Part shown: piece by piece, positions 10,906 through 23,745 of the stretch | How the letters are laid out: each line of letters begins with the position of its first letter | Numbering within the stretch: position 1 is the first letter of the stretch | From: Hamiltosporidium tvaerminnensis FI-OER-3-3 | Lineage: Eukaryota; Fungi; Microsporidia | Direction of reading: 5' to 3' | Length of the DNA: 64,000 nucleotides | NCBI GenBank assembly: GCA_022605425.2 | Contig: CM061248.1 | Span: 310,001 to 374,000 of the forward strand | Program-made: the position numbers and the translations under genes | Notes under the pieces: model-generated | The model's database searches: none | The model's input: the letters and a program-made list of their open reading frames with translations, nothing else | Told to the model about the DNA's origin: nothing

Positions 10906-13900
10906 CTTTTACCATAAATATGTACTAAGATTATTGCAATCAAGTTTAATTTACTTGGCCACTAAATTAGACAAATATAAAATTAATCACCTCAATATAG
11001 CTAATAAATAAGTATTATGGTGCACATATTCCTAAATTATTCTTCTTAGATTAATATTGATATTTTAATATTACATTTTAACTTATTAAATGTTTTTTTA
11101 AGAAGATTTAAAGATTTTACGACTCAATAGAAAGAAAAATTGGTGATGTGAAATTTAAAATGAAATACATTTATTTTACAGATTTTTAATTATATTTTAT
11201 CATTTAATGAATACCCAAGAATTCACCATCAGTCATGTCATTGCTATAGTAATATGTTTTTTAAACAAATTAATATATCTTTGGCTGTTCCTATGCATTT
11301 AATATTTCTTTCTTTTTCTGATAACTTAATAACCAATAACTAGAAAGTTCGTGATCCAAAGTGATTGGGTATTTCACGAACACAGTATATGATATGATAT
11401 TATCAGATTCTTAGTTATTGACGAATATTCATATTCCATTACTAGATCACCACCTCTTTCTACAATTTAGCATCGCGTGCATTTTATTTGTCCGGGATTT
11501 GATCAACTGCATCTGCAATTGCTGGTAAAACATCAAGAACACCTAAATCGACTACTTCGGCTTCAATGATTCCTTGGTTAGTTGGGATTTTATCGATAAG
11601 TCCCTTAAACGGTTTAAGCTGAGCGAAATGGGCTATTTGCTAGTGTTTGTGGAAGTTCATACTGTGAGGCTAATGACATAAATTGGTTCTGTAGATAGTT
11701 GCCAAATTGATTCGCTTGGAGTGAATTCATATGATTCACCTGATTAAGACTCCTTCTATAGAACATTGAACCACGTAACTGATCACCCTTTAGAAACAGA
11801 AGAAATGTAACTTTAGTAACTTAATTTCAAATGCATGTCTCTTAAATTTGTACTTATTTATACTTTTAGTCATGTAAATTAATAATAAAATCAAATACTT
11901 TTATATTGTTTTTTAATCTTAAAGTAAGTTATTATTAGATTATAGTTTATAATAAAATGCGTTCCTATAAATATACTACATTGAATTCTAATTATTACTT
12001 AGAATTTGATTTTATTTTGTCAGCATCCTTAAGTATAAATTTTTTATATGTTAACTCATTAATTTAATTAAAGCTATATTAATACTAAAAGTTTGAATTA
12101 AAAAAACATTATATAAATAAAAACAACGAGTAAATTTAAATTGACGAAATGAAGTTTAATTACATTCTATTCGACCATTTTATATAATTAGAATACGAAT
12201 GTGCATTTTATCTTTTATAGTTTGGTATATTTAGATATAAATGCGACCGATTTATAATTTTATTTATATAAAGACAAATTAAATGATTATAATTGCAAGC
12301 TAATGTCTACAACCAAAGATATACTTTATAATTAATTATATCAATTTATTTACTTCTTATCTTTTGAATATTTATTACAATTTACCCTAAATATTTAATA
12401 AATAATTTAATAATTAGATTAGATTAGATAAAATAAGATGATTTTTCCCTGTTTAATGGCATATAATTTATCCGAAATTATGGTTTCAAGCCTTGACAAA
12501 TTTCTAATATTTAGAAAAATACGCAATGATAAAAAAAATAATAAAGTGACAGTTTAATTCTGTTTTTGTAAATTACAAGAAATTAAAGCTCAATGAATAT
12601 GTGTATACACAATAAACTGGAATAAAGAGTGCTTTTAAAATCTTGAAGAATAATTATCTAGAGCTTCACTTGTGAATTGTAAAGTTCTTGAATTTCTTTT
12701 AGCAAAAGAATAAATTATAACCTGCCTCGGGATGAATAAAGGTAAAATTGGATAATTTACGGTAAATTTCCCACTTAAATATCCCGAGAAGATGATTTTT
12801 AATCTTAAAACAAATATTTTATAACCTGTATATAACTTGATATGAACGGAAAAGAAGCTGCTATTTTATTAAGGTACCATATATGCTTGTAAAATTATAC
12901 TTTATATAAATATTTTTAAAATCATTACAATTCTTAATTATTTACAAATTCATCAACTGATATTTATCAAAAGTATGTAGTCTTTTTAAATATCGTATTC
13001 ACAACTAATGTTTTCAATTATTTGCTAAAAAAAGGTAAAATGGGACATACGACTGCAAAAGCAACTGATAAATTTATAGGTGCCCAAAAAAATATTTAAA
13101 ATTCAAGAGATGGAGGACAAACATATTTTCTATACTAAACACTACTTATAAACATTTAGCTTTAATATAAAGACACACATAAGTACTTGAAAGTACTGAG
13201 TTATATAGAGAACTGTGATATATTCAATGCAGTTATGAGGTCAAATAGAACTAAAAATCTTCCTAAAATAAAAAAGATGTTGATGTTTGTTATCAAAACC
13301 GAATTTTTTCCTAAAAATCTTGTTTTTCTAGGAAAGAGCTTTAAGACCAACTAAAATACCAAAAAGGCAAAATTTAGAACGTTTTTAAGGCTTGTATATG
13401 GCTTTCGTTGAGCGTGTTGACTATTATTTACTTCGCATTATACTAAACGATGAAGAGCGTCTTGTGTAAAAAAAACTAATAGTAATATTAAATGTAAAAT
13501 AAATTTTCACCAAAGAGCTTAATTTCTCTTATTTATATTTTTTTCTCTTTCGTTACATTTTACAGTATTTTGAATTTAATATTATTAAACTGTTATTTAA
13601 CTCAGTTATGAAATAGAATAACGTTTTAAATTTTTAATTTTGTTATAAGTAAAGATATTGAAAAAAGGTAGATCAATATGAATGAATGGATCATAAAATA
13701 CATTCTATTGGTATTATATTCACCTGTAAATGTCCATTTTTTTAACTAAACATGTGATTTCTAAATATTTTGCTCAATTATTCAATCTGCTTTTTTAGAA
13801 TTTTAGAAGGAGAGAAAAGAAACTCAAACTATGTAAATAGCTTTAATATGTTGATTACAATAGTTTTGTTCATCTATTCGCCTAAAATTTTATAAATTAA

Positions 13901-14399
13901 CTCATTAAAGTATTGATACGAAATTAAATAATAGCTTGAACTCGGGTTCCTAATGATTTTATAACAGTTTAATATATTTATTTGATAATTTTAGTCGAAA
14001 AAGGAAAATTACTTGAATGAATAAGCAAATGAAAAAAATTACATTTTATCAACAAGAAAAGCAAAAACTAAATGATTTCAAACAATAATTTCATATTTAC
14101 TTAATAATGCGTTTGGAAACGAAGTACCTATACGCCTTTAATCAAGCTATAAACCAATAAATTTTTCGCATATAAATTACAAACTAAATTGATACACAGA
14201 ATCAATACATACTTCCCCAGATTTTTAACTGTATCTTTTATGAACATAAAGTAATAAATAAACACTCTATTTAAATTTAATTGTGAATGGAGTTCTAGAT
14301 TATATTAAACACTTTGTCAATAGATTTAGAAAATTGTTAATTGAAAAATTTTTTTTCACCGGTGATGTAAAAAATTCCCTTAGAAATACAAAAAAAGTT

Positions 14400-16400
14400 T
14401 CTAAAGAGTTAAAATGTTTAGGTGTGTCTTTGAAGTCGTAAATCTTTATATTGTAAGAATTATGTTTTAAAAAGTATAATATATAAAATATGGTTATTGC
14501 CGAAGAAATAAGAGAAGTTAAAAAAACATGCATTATTTCCAGAAAAATTATTATTTTATAGATCCGAAAAAATATATTACGAAATGGCTATGTCCAATGT
14601 TAATAAATATAAAATGGGGATGTTTTAAAGTATATTTCCGAGAAAGGAAATACTATCATTAATATTGCTAAGTAGTAACTAAAAAAGCATTAGTGTCTGA
14701 ATTCTTACGTATCTATATGAATAAAAAAATGCTATCGTTATATAAGCAACATATTAGGGCAAGATCAAACTATACAGAGTAGCTTTAACAATTTAAGCCC
14801 AAAAAAACCTAAAATGGAAATTTTTTCATTAAATTGCCGAAATATTTCAATGGGAAAGCGTGTAAACCAAAAGAAACATTTTTTTCAAAAATCCTAGTAA
14901 AATTATGCAGAGTTTAATTATCTTACAAAAAAAAGATTTTTATAGACTTTGGTCTAAATTAAGGTGGATTAGGCATGTAGCTTCTAATAAAATCTGGGTA
15001 TAAAAGGACGAACGATTCAGAAAAAAACAAAATATTATAAATTTTTTGTTTCAATATTATGATAATTAGTCAATTGCGTTCAAAATATGAATAGCATACA
15101 TCACAATCAAAAAAATACATTTGCATTTGAATGTCTATTAATTCAATAAAAAGCAAAAAAATGAAGTATATATTGATATTTTGTGTCCGGTAAGCCTTAG
15201 GTATATTTATTATGTCAGTTACTTTGTTTATATCCTCAAATAAGGTTGAGATTGCAAAAAAAAAACAAAAGTTTTGATCTAATTAATCTTTTTATCAATA
15301 AATCATACCAGTGTTGATAAATATCAGATGTATAAAGATAATAAAATTAGAAATTATTTATCTGCCGAAGATTTGCGAATTCAAGGTGAAAATTATTGTT
15401 TGGTTTTTTGGTAGAATTAAAACCATACAAACTTTTCGGTTGTTTGATAAAAATTGTTTGCTACAAAAAAATGATGGTTAAAAAACAGAGAAACCTTTCT
15501 ACAAAGTTATTTTTGTGTTTTATATGGAACCATATTTCTGATCTCGGTTTAAATCATAGGTAATGCGATGTAAAAGTGTGGAAGCCTGGTTTGCATAACT
15601 GCTGTTAAAAGACTTAACCTGTGCTAAATACGAAATAACATTCTCGAAACCCCAGAAAGCCAAGTAGGGGCTATGTTCGTTGATATGACATCACAAAATT
15701 TTATTAGACTACATGTAAGGAGCAAAGTCATATAAGAGTTTTGGTATATGTTGTTCAAAAAAAATGTAAAGAATGTAAGAATTCTGCTGGCCTTGGGAAG
15801 CCAGAGATGATTTCGACTTGCGAGCTCACTGAAAAACAGACATTTATTAAACGTAAAACTCACATAACTATCAATAAATTATATCTATTTAGATGACAAG
15901 TTTTCGGTGCAGGTATTTAAGGAATACAGATGAGATTCAAAAAGTAATTATAATTGTAGAACCTAGAATTGTGTTAATGTCATGAAAACAATATAACATT
16001 TTTAACTATAAAATATGCCATATTTATTAATAAAAAAAATAAATATTTACAAGACGACACCATTAGTACCTTAGATTTGGGATTTTACTATCGAAATAGT
16101 TTATTGCAAGTTTTAAAATCATATTTTCATAGAAATATCTACGATGCTTATTCAATTAATCATATAGTTGTACCTCGAGGCCTTGAAATTGGACCAAATA
16201 AATAATTTTATTTCATCAATTTAGAAAAAAATAGATTGTTCGTAAACTCGAGGAAAAGAAATAAAAAATCCCAGGTGTATATATTGAACAGAACCAAGAT
16301 AAGAAAAAAATCTAAATAATTCAGAAGCAAGTATACTGCACTATAAATAGCTGATTGTCAGTTGTTGATAACTTACAAGTTATATAAAATTTATATTTTC
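14400..16400 (+). mobile_element. Highly decayed non-LTR retrotransposon relic (RT thumb + RLE-like), boundaries approximate
   Basis: Residual motifs in the expected order: GGLGM (~14962), IWDFTIE (~16075), QLINIVVP-like (~16150). No intact ORF. Confidence 0.35.
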
Positions 16401-17503
16401 AGGAACATAAAAACATTTTTTTAATGAATGCATTTCAAAATGAAAAATAAGCTGTTACAAAAGTAAAATATTTGTTGTAGAATACAATGGGTTTAACTTT
16501 TATTGATTTCTACACTTTAATTGTTGCAATGAAAGCTTAATGTACCTGTTATTAGCCTATTTAGATATCCGAATTCTAGATCTATATATAATGTTCTTAT
16601 AAAACTTATATAGTATTTAAATCGTAAAAAGTAATTTTTATCCCGTTGATTAAAAATTTTGTTTCTTTTATCCACAAAATACAAAATTCATAATATAAAT
16701 ATGCCTCAAAAAATACATCTCAATTGAAAATTTCCTTTATTTCTATGTCTAACTATATATTACTGCTTTTTTATATGCTATAAGTTAATATATTATGCCA
16801 TGCTAACTTCTAGCAGCATAGTTTTAATTGCCTCGAATTACTATCTTCTGACAAGTTTAAGAAAAATTTACTGATTGTAAAAGCTTAATATTTAATATAA
16901 CGAAGATGCATTGATACATTCATATCAACTAAATAATTTTTTAAAAGTATATCTTCTATCATGTGCTTAAATAAGGAAATGTAGATACATCTAATGTTAA
17001 TTTTTTATATCATTAATTATACCTATATCCATTCGATTAATTTTGTTCTACATAATACAAAGAGGGAAGTATTTTATCGTTTGTATCTTTTATATTACAT
17101 AATAAATAGAATATCGATTAGAATAGTATAAATGTTCAACTTCAAATATTTATTTATAATTTGAAATCAACACCAAAAAAAACAACATTTATTTCAAAGA
17201 GTCTATAGGTTAGAAACCGAAAACTAATTAAAATACAATCGAGATAGCTTTTAATCCAAAAAAATGTTATAAAAAATGCACATATTGTCACTTAAATAAA
17301 AAAATAGTGGTGTATATAATAAGCATTCAAAATTCAAAGCAAGAGAAAATTTGCGCCTTCACAAACTCACCTCATCATAAAGCAAAATATTAAGCTATAA
17401 TTATGTTAAAGGTTAATTGTCAGCAAATGATTTAAATGATTTTTATTTCTCAAACTATTTTTAAATTTAATTTGTAAATTTTACAATAAGAAAAATTACA
17501 AAT

Positions 17504-19831
17504 ATGTATATTTCCTTAGAAGGAACACCTCAAGCTGATTGGTTTTACTGCGGGCTTACGTATTTGATACCGAAAGGAATTCCACGAAGAGGCTCTGACT
17601 ACAGGCCAATCACTTGTATGTCCAACCTCTATAAGTTAACGACAAAGTGTGTAACGAAAGTCGTTCAACTTGAAGTGGAAAGGCGAGGGTTACTTGCAGA
17701 GAACCAACTAGGGGCGGTAAGAGGTGTGCAGGGAGCGAAAGAGCAGGCTCTACTGAATATTGCCTTAAATAAAGAGTATGGAAATAATCTTAAGGCAACA
17801 TGGATTGATGTTAAAAAAGCTTATGATTCAATAGATCATGCTTATTTAACTCAATGCATTGAAAACCTTAATTTACCTGATTGGATCCTGAAATTTATTA
17901 AGGTAATTATATCAAAATGGAAAATTGATATATCAGTAGGGCCTGGAAAAATCATGAGCAAGAAGATTGATAGAGGGATTCTACAAGGAGATAGTCTGTT
18001 CCCTTTGTTATTTGTGTTGTGTATGGATCCATTAAGCCGAAAGCTTAATGAAAAATACACAAAAGTGACAGTACAAACAGATGCAGAATCCCATTCTACT
18101 AATCATCTCTTGTTTATTGATGATCTTAAGCTCCTTGCAAAAGACAGCTCCACATTGAGTGCTATGACAGGCGAGGCAAAGGAATTTTTAGAGGTAATTG
18201 GCTTAGAGATTAACAAAGAGAAGTCAGCCACAAATGATACGTGTTGTGAAGATACTGCTACTCTTCTAGAAGGTGTTAGTGTTTACAAATATTTAGGAAT
18301 AATAGAAGATAGCAGAGGAATCCCAACACGTAGCTCATTTGAAGAAGTACAAAGCAAACTTATATCAAGAGTTGAAAGACTTTGTCACACTAGATTAAAT
18401 GCAAAAAATTTATCTTCTGCAATCAATCAACATGCGATATCGTTAATCAACTATCACATAGGAGTACTTCGACTTGAACCGGCTGACTTCTCTAAGTTAG
18501 ATGATGCAGTGCGTGCGGTGTTGGTGAAAAATAAGATACATCTCCGCCCAGGATGTAAAGAGCGTTTATACTTTCCTAGAACAGAACTTGGAAGAGGCCT
18601 ACATAGTGTTGAGTTGCGAAGCGAACATTTGCTTCTGCAAATCTTGGATTGTCTGGAAAAAAGTAAAGAAATATCAACTAGACGAGCAGCAATCCTCAAG
18701 GTGGAGAATAATAATAAAACCCATCTTGCACTAATAAAAGGCTTCTTAAAAGTAAAGTACAGGTTGGTAGAAGAAGTCACTAAGAAAAGTTTAGAAGAAG
18801 CTCAACTTGCAAAACTATATAACGAAATAGAAAAACGAAAACTCCATTCAAAGTTATATAATGCAAGAAAAAATGAGCTTGTGAGTGTTAGTGACTCTTC
18901 AATATGGCTAAAGAGAGGAAATATTAGGCCACGAAATGAAGCTGTGTTCAGCTATATCCAGGATAGAAATGTATTCTGGGGAGCAGATGGTGTGTGTCAA
19001 CATTGCGGGAAGTCTGGTAAGACTGTGGATCATCTAGCAACTAGATGTGAAAAAATGCTAGGCCATGATTACACTAGACGGCATAATGAAGTGGTTAGAT
19101 GCCTACACCTTCTCCTTCTTAATAGATATAAGTTTAAGTCTTCAAAACGAATAAGGAGCCACTCAGTTCAAGAAATTCTTGATAATGAGTATGCAGAGAT
19201 AAGAGTGGACACCAGAATTAAAACTGATGTTAAAATTCGGAATAACAGACCGGACATATTTATTTTAGATAAGAAGAAGAATAAGATAACACTCATTGAA
19301 GTAGGAATCACTTCCCAAGATTCACTTCAAATAGTTGAAACTGAAAAACTTAGGAAGTATGACCTGCTAGCCAATGAGTTGGGCCTTATTTATAAGTGTT
19401 GTGTTGAGATAATCCCTTATGTGATGACCTGGGACGGTATTGTGACAAAATACCATAAATCTCATCTTAAAAGACTAGAAATACCCATGAATGTAGAAGC
19501 ATACATTCAGTCTATAGTACTTAAAAAGACAGTCGAAACTATTTCCTTTGATCGACGAAGAGGACTTGAGTCAGGACTAAATGCCGAAGAGAGCTGGGAG
19601 AGAGCGTCAATGGGTGTTATTATGAGATCAGAGATGCATGAGGAACCAATACCCCCTTTAAAAGCAGCGAAAACAGAGGAAGATGGTGCCAAAAATTTTA
19701 AACCAAAATATAAAGCCCCCTTTATTTTACAAGGAGGAACCACTTTAGAGGAACCGACCAATAACATAAATGAAGAGTCGAATTTGGAAGAAGAGACAAA
19801 AGTGGTCAATGAGGTAGAAGAAAACATGTAA
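17504..19831 (+). CDS. Retrotransposon reverse transcriptase / restriction-like endonuclease ORF (N-terminally truncated)
   Basis: YRPITC, WIDVKKAYDS, GILQGDSL, LFIDDLKL, YKYLG, GRGL, CQHC..H....C, RHNEV, NRPDIF..LIEVG, K..KY. Confidence 0.95.
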   Translation: MYISLEGTPQADWFYCGLTYLIPKGIPRRGSDYRPITCMSNLYKLTTKCVTKVVQLEVERRGLLAENQLGAVRGVQGAKEQALLNIALNKEYGNNLKATWIDVKKAYDSIDHAYLTQCIENLNLPDWILKFIKVIISKWKIDISVGPGKIMSKKIDRGILQGDSLFPLLFVLCMDPLSRKLNEKYTKVTVQTDAESHSTNHLLFIDDLKLLAKDSSTLSAMTGEAKEFLEVIGLEINKEKSATNDTCCEDTATLLEGVSVYKYLGIIEDSRGIPTRSSFEEVQSKLISRVERLCHTRLNAKNLSSAINQHAISLINYHIGVLRLEPADFSKLDDAVRAVLVKNKIHLRPGCKERLYFPRTELGRGLHSVELRSEHLLLQILDCLEKSKEISTRRAAILKVENNNKTHLALIKGFLKVKYRLVEEVTKKSLEEAQLAKLYNEIEKRKLHSKLYNARKNELVSVSDSSIWLKRGNIRPRNEAVFSYIQDRNVFWGADGVCQHCGKSGKTVDHLATRCEKMLGHDYTRRHNEVVRCLHLLLLNRYKFKSSKRIRSHSVQEILDNEYAEIRVDTRIKTDVKIRNNRPDIFILDKKKNKITLIEVGITSQDSLQIVETEKLRKYDLLANELGLIYKCCVEIIPYVMTWDGIVTKYHKSHLKRLEIPMNVEAYIQSIVLKKTVETISFDRRRGLESGLNAEESWERASMGVIMRSEMHEEPIPPLKAAKTEEDGAKNFKPKYKAPFILQGGTTLEEPTNNINEESNLEEETKVVNEVEENM

Positions 19832-19875
19832 AAATGGTAAAAAATATTTTAACCCAGAATTTTATTAAATAAAAT
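17517..19875 (+). mobile_element. 5'-truncated non-LTR retrotransposon (RT + CCHC + RLE; R4/Dong-like) with 12-bp TSD
   Basis: TGTATATTTCCT at 17505-17516 and 19876-19887; higher GC than flanks; short 3'UTR ending ATTAAATAAAAT. Confidence 0.92.
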
Positions 19876-22006
19876 TGTATATTTCCTATAAATTATTCTA
19901 AATTTTTACGGCTTAAGGTTAAATACCAAATATTTTAATTTAAAATAACTTACGATGCGTTTATAATGATAGAATAAAATACAGAATACTCCTAAAAGTA
20001 TGCTTTATTTCGAAAGATTGATAGAGCTAATATCAAAATTTACAGTTAATTTTCAATATCTACCTATAAATATTACCTGCTGGTGATCGAAATCACGATC
20101 ATTCTTAAAGCATCGAAGTCTTATTTACAAATAAAATATTAATAATTAATTATTTTATTTCCTCGTAACATTTGTACATATTATACTATTCTAATATATA
20201 AATTGAAAACACCTACATCATATTAAATACAATTCGAACAATACCTTCTGCTGATAAATCTTTAATTGTTTTTATTATAATCGCGTAGTTATGTAATTGA
20301 TTATATAACTTGATTTAGTACCAGAATAGTCGAAATAAATTACATATTTGTTTTTCTTATTCTTAATAATAATAGAAGTAAACTATTTTTTTCAAAAAAC
20401 TTGCAAAAAATGTTTTAATTATAGTCTTTCTATCTATTACTAAAAAAAATTGCATTCGAAATTAGAAAATACAACCTAAACCTATTGATTTACTTTTGAT
20501 TACTGCAATTTAAAGGTACAGAATAGTGAAACTATACACTAACTTATTAACATAAAATGAATTAAATTATAACGTTAAAACAATAAAAAAAAATACTTTT
20601 CGAATAGAATAAACATCTTTATTTGCTTTAATAACACCTTGATAAAATACAACACACGAAAACAACACCTTGACAACAATATAACCATTGTTGATGCTTA
20701 TTGGTCTGGTGGCTTCTACCTATATTCTTCATAATTTCCTTATTATATAAGCCTTAATATATAACTCTATTTATCTGTATTATCCAAAATCCTTCATCGC
20801 TGCAGACATTCTATTAATTCATCATCAAATATGTCATATAGCCATTATTATAATTTTCCTCTTCATCAGGATAATTATCTCTAGATTCAACTATATCTTG
20901 ATACCAATAAGATTATATATTAGATATTACAACCATTGATATATAAAAATTGTTAAAGAATTTCAATCGCATTTTTATCTCCAACTTTGTATTCATTTAT
21001 ACTTTAACTTTGTAAACTGATAATATAAAATAGATTGCAATTTAATTTATCCCTATTTGATAATAAGAACTGATAAATTTGTAAATTATTGTTTTATGGT
21101 GTACAACTAAGTTTTAAATATTTAAATGAGTGTACAATACAAAATGTGATTTAATATGTATTTAAATTATAAGAAATATGTATATATTATAGTTTATTTG
21201 AAATCAATCAAAAAGCAATATGCATTCAATTAAATTATTATATAAACAACAATTCTGGTTCTATTTAATGTTAACCGAGATATAAGTATCGCCTTCTTAA
21301 TATATTTAAAATCAATTCAAAGTTAACTTCATTTATACTTTTTTAAATATTTCTATTAAATCTTTGCCTGTAGTAAGAGTACTACATATAAAACTATCTA
21401 CTTGGAAATGAGTATGTGAAAATTATTGTTTTGATTTCTGGTGGAATAAAAACCAAACTAGAGTTTCATTTGTTGAAATATGAATTCATAAATGAAGTAT
21501 AAAATCTACAAATCCGAGAAACCTTTTTACCAAAGTTTTTTTGTAGTGTCTTATGTAAGTAGATTGTGAACTACGGCTGTACTTTTAAGTAATTACCTCG
21601 TAAAAGCATAAAACCTATCTTGTTTACTCTAGTTTTAAGACTGGCGTCTCTGATACAAAAAACATACCCTTTGAATAGCCGGAAGCCAAAAATTTGAACT
21701 ATATCATTCGGTAGGACTATTGCAACATTGGGCTGATCCGGAACAATTTGTCAATACGCACCTTTCCGGGAAGGTTATTCGATCTTAAAGTAGTAGCGTG
21801 GGTAGCAACGCATCTGATATTCTTCATTAAAAAGTTCTAAAGATCTTTTAGATAAAAGGCCTTGGAATTTAGGTATAAATAGAGTGTTGGGGTGCAGATA
21901 TCTATTATAAATCAAAAACCGGGTTAATCCTATGAAAATAATAGAAACAGTCACTTTTTATCTAAGACGTTATAATTTGTAAATAAATATTCTTAAATAT
22001 CTATAA

Positions 22007-22088
22007 AATCTCAAATCATAATCTCAAATCCTAAATCCAAATTCAATTCAAATTCAAATCTAAATCTAAATTCAAATCCAATCAAATG
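22007..22088. repeat. Degenerate hexamer microsatellite (AAATCT/AAATTC)
   Basis: Direct reading of the sequence. Confidence 0.8.
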
Positions 22089-22452
22089 TATTTAAAACCA
22101 ATTTATAGTTAAATTATTAATAAAATTTATTCAGAATAGCGAAATTTTAAAGAATTACAGTGTAATTCAAAAATCAAGACCAATCAAACTTTAAAAAAAT
22201 TACACAATCAATCTTTAGAGCATACAATTTTATAATATACTACTAAATATTTATAAAAACTTTTATTTAATACTCTTATAATATATACTCTAATTAAATA
22301 CTCTAATATCTTAATTTTTATTACATTTTTCTAAACTTTTACAAATTTTAATATATTCTCTTCTCTACTCGTAGGTAATTTAAAACACCCCTTTGTTCTA
22401 AGTAATTTAACACCCTTCAAAATAAAACACAATTTACTTATCATTAACACCC

Positions 22453-22998
22453 ATGATATTAGCAGTACTGAGTGTAGAAACAACATCAAACAAAATAAAA
22501 AGAGAAGCTTACGATTTATCATCTTTCAACTATTTTACAAGAAAATGTGTTCGTGAAATGATACAACTTACAGCCATAACACTAACAAAAAAGATACAAA
22601 ACAAATCTTTCCAAAAGATTATACAAGAAATAACAAATGGTAAGACAATTACTTTTTACATTAAAGTATATGAAGATCTGATGTATGTTATGTGTGTAAA
22701 AGAGGAGTATCCCGAACATATTGCTTTAATATTTTTAAATGAAGCATCTTTAGAAACCAAAGATTATAAAATTTTGATGGCTGAATATCAAGACTACAAA
22801 AGTAAAGATGTCTTGATGTCTGTAAATAAAGAGTTAGAAGAAACTAAGTATATTTTATCTGATACTTTAGAATCTGTTATTGGTAGAGAAGAAATGCTTG
22901 ATGATTTGGTTAAAAATGCTGAAAATCTTAGTCAACAGACTAAACAACTGTTTCTTTTATCTAGAAAACAGAACAGATGTTTTTGTAGTTTTTCATAA
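22453..22998 (+). CDS. YKT6: Longin-domain R-SNARE Ykt6
   Basis: DLSSFNYFTR longin motif, ELEETK..LESVIGREEMLDDLV SNARE coil, no TM, C-terminal CFCSFS; CCC immediately before ATG. Confidence 0.92.
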   Translation: MILAVLSVETTSNKIKREAYDLSSFNYFTRKCVREMIQLTAITLTKKIQNKSFQKIIQEITNGKTITFYIKVYEDLMYVMCVKEEYPEHIALIFLNEASLETKDYKILMAEYQDYKSKDVLMSVNKELEETKYILSDTLESVIGREEMLDDLVKNAENLSQQTKQLFLLSRKQNRCFCSFS

Positions 22999-23031
22999 AA
23001 TTTTATATCTTTTTTTATTAAATTTTTAAAT

Positions 23032-23152
23032 AAAATTTATATTTTAATCTGTTATTTCTTTTTTCATAAAATTTATATTTTAATCTGTTATTTCTTTTTA
23101 TAGAAAATTTATATTTTAATCTGTTATTTCTTTTTATAGAAAATTTTATATT
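23032..23152. repeat. Minisatellite, 36-bp period, ~3.4 copies between convergent genes
   Basis: AAAATTT(T)ATATTT at 23032, 23068, 23104, 23140. Confidence 0.9.
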
Positions 23153-23253
23153 TATTATTAACTGTTTTAAATTTATTTATGATTTGAAAGAATTTGTGTA
23201 ATAAAAGCAAAAAAAATATGAAAAATATATAATGTCTGTACGATTGATAATTT

Positions 23254-23745
23254 TTAATATTTTTTATAATTTTTTTTATGGTATTTAACAACTAAATTTA
23301 AAAGAATTGTAAATGCAGATCCACAAATACTAAAAGAAATGAAGGGTACAGTGAAATCTGGAATATAAATAGAATCAGTTATGGTGTTTGAATAAATAAT
23401 ATGTGATTTGGTTATAAGAATACTTTTAGGAAATGTAATACCTTCATCAATATTTATAGGATAATCGTGTATTTTATAAAGATTTTTTTTATAGTTTATT
23501 TGTATTTGAAAGTTTGATTCAAAAAATAATATTGCGTGTAGAATATCGTTAGTGTAGTAAATTTTATAAATATTTATATTTTCTAAGAGAAATAAATAAG
23601 GGAAAACTTGTTTGGGAAATGATAAGCTAAGAAAAGAATTTTGTTGTAGTGAAGATTTTACAGATAATGTTCCATGTGAAGGTGATGATTCTTTTATTTT
23701 TAATTTTAAAGTGTAAATCAAAGGTAAGATGTAAAACAGTATCAT
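23254..23745 (-). CDS. Small type-I membrane protein, likely reduced GPI transamidase subunit Gpi16/PIG-T
   Basis: N-terminal signal peptide; IPDFTVPF followed by a TM helix resembles PIG-T PDFSMPYNV+TM; Lys-rich tail; CCC motif upstream. Confidence 0.55.
   Translation of the reverse strand: MILFYILPLIYTLKLKIKESSPSHGTLSVKSSLQQNSFLSLSFPKQVFPYLFLLENINIYKIYYTNDILHAILFFESNFQIQINYKKNLYKIHDYPINIDEGITFPKSILITKSHIIYSNTITDSIYIPDFTVPFISFSICGSAFTILLNLVVKYHKKNYKKY

Noticed and set aside
11200-11830. Possible Gypsy integrase C-terminal relic (minus strand AHFAQLKPF)
   Set aside because: A single weak motif, insufficient to call.
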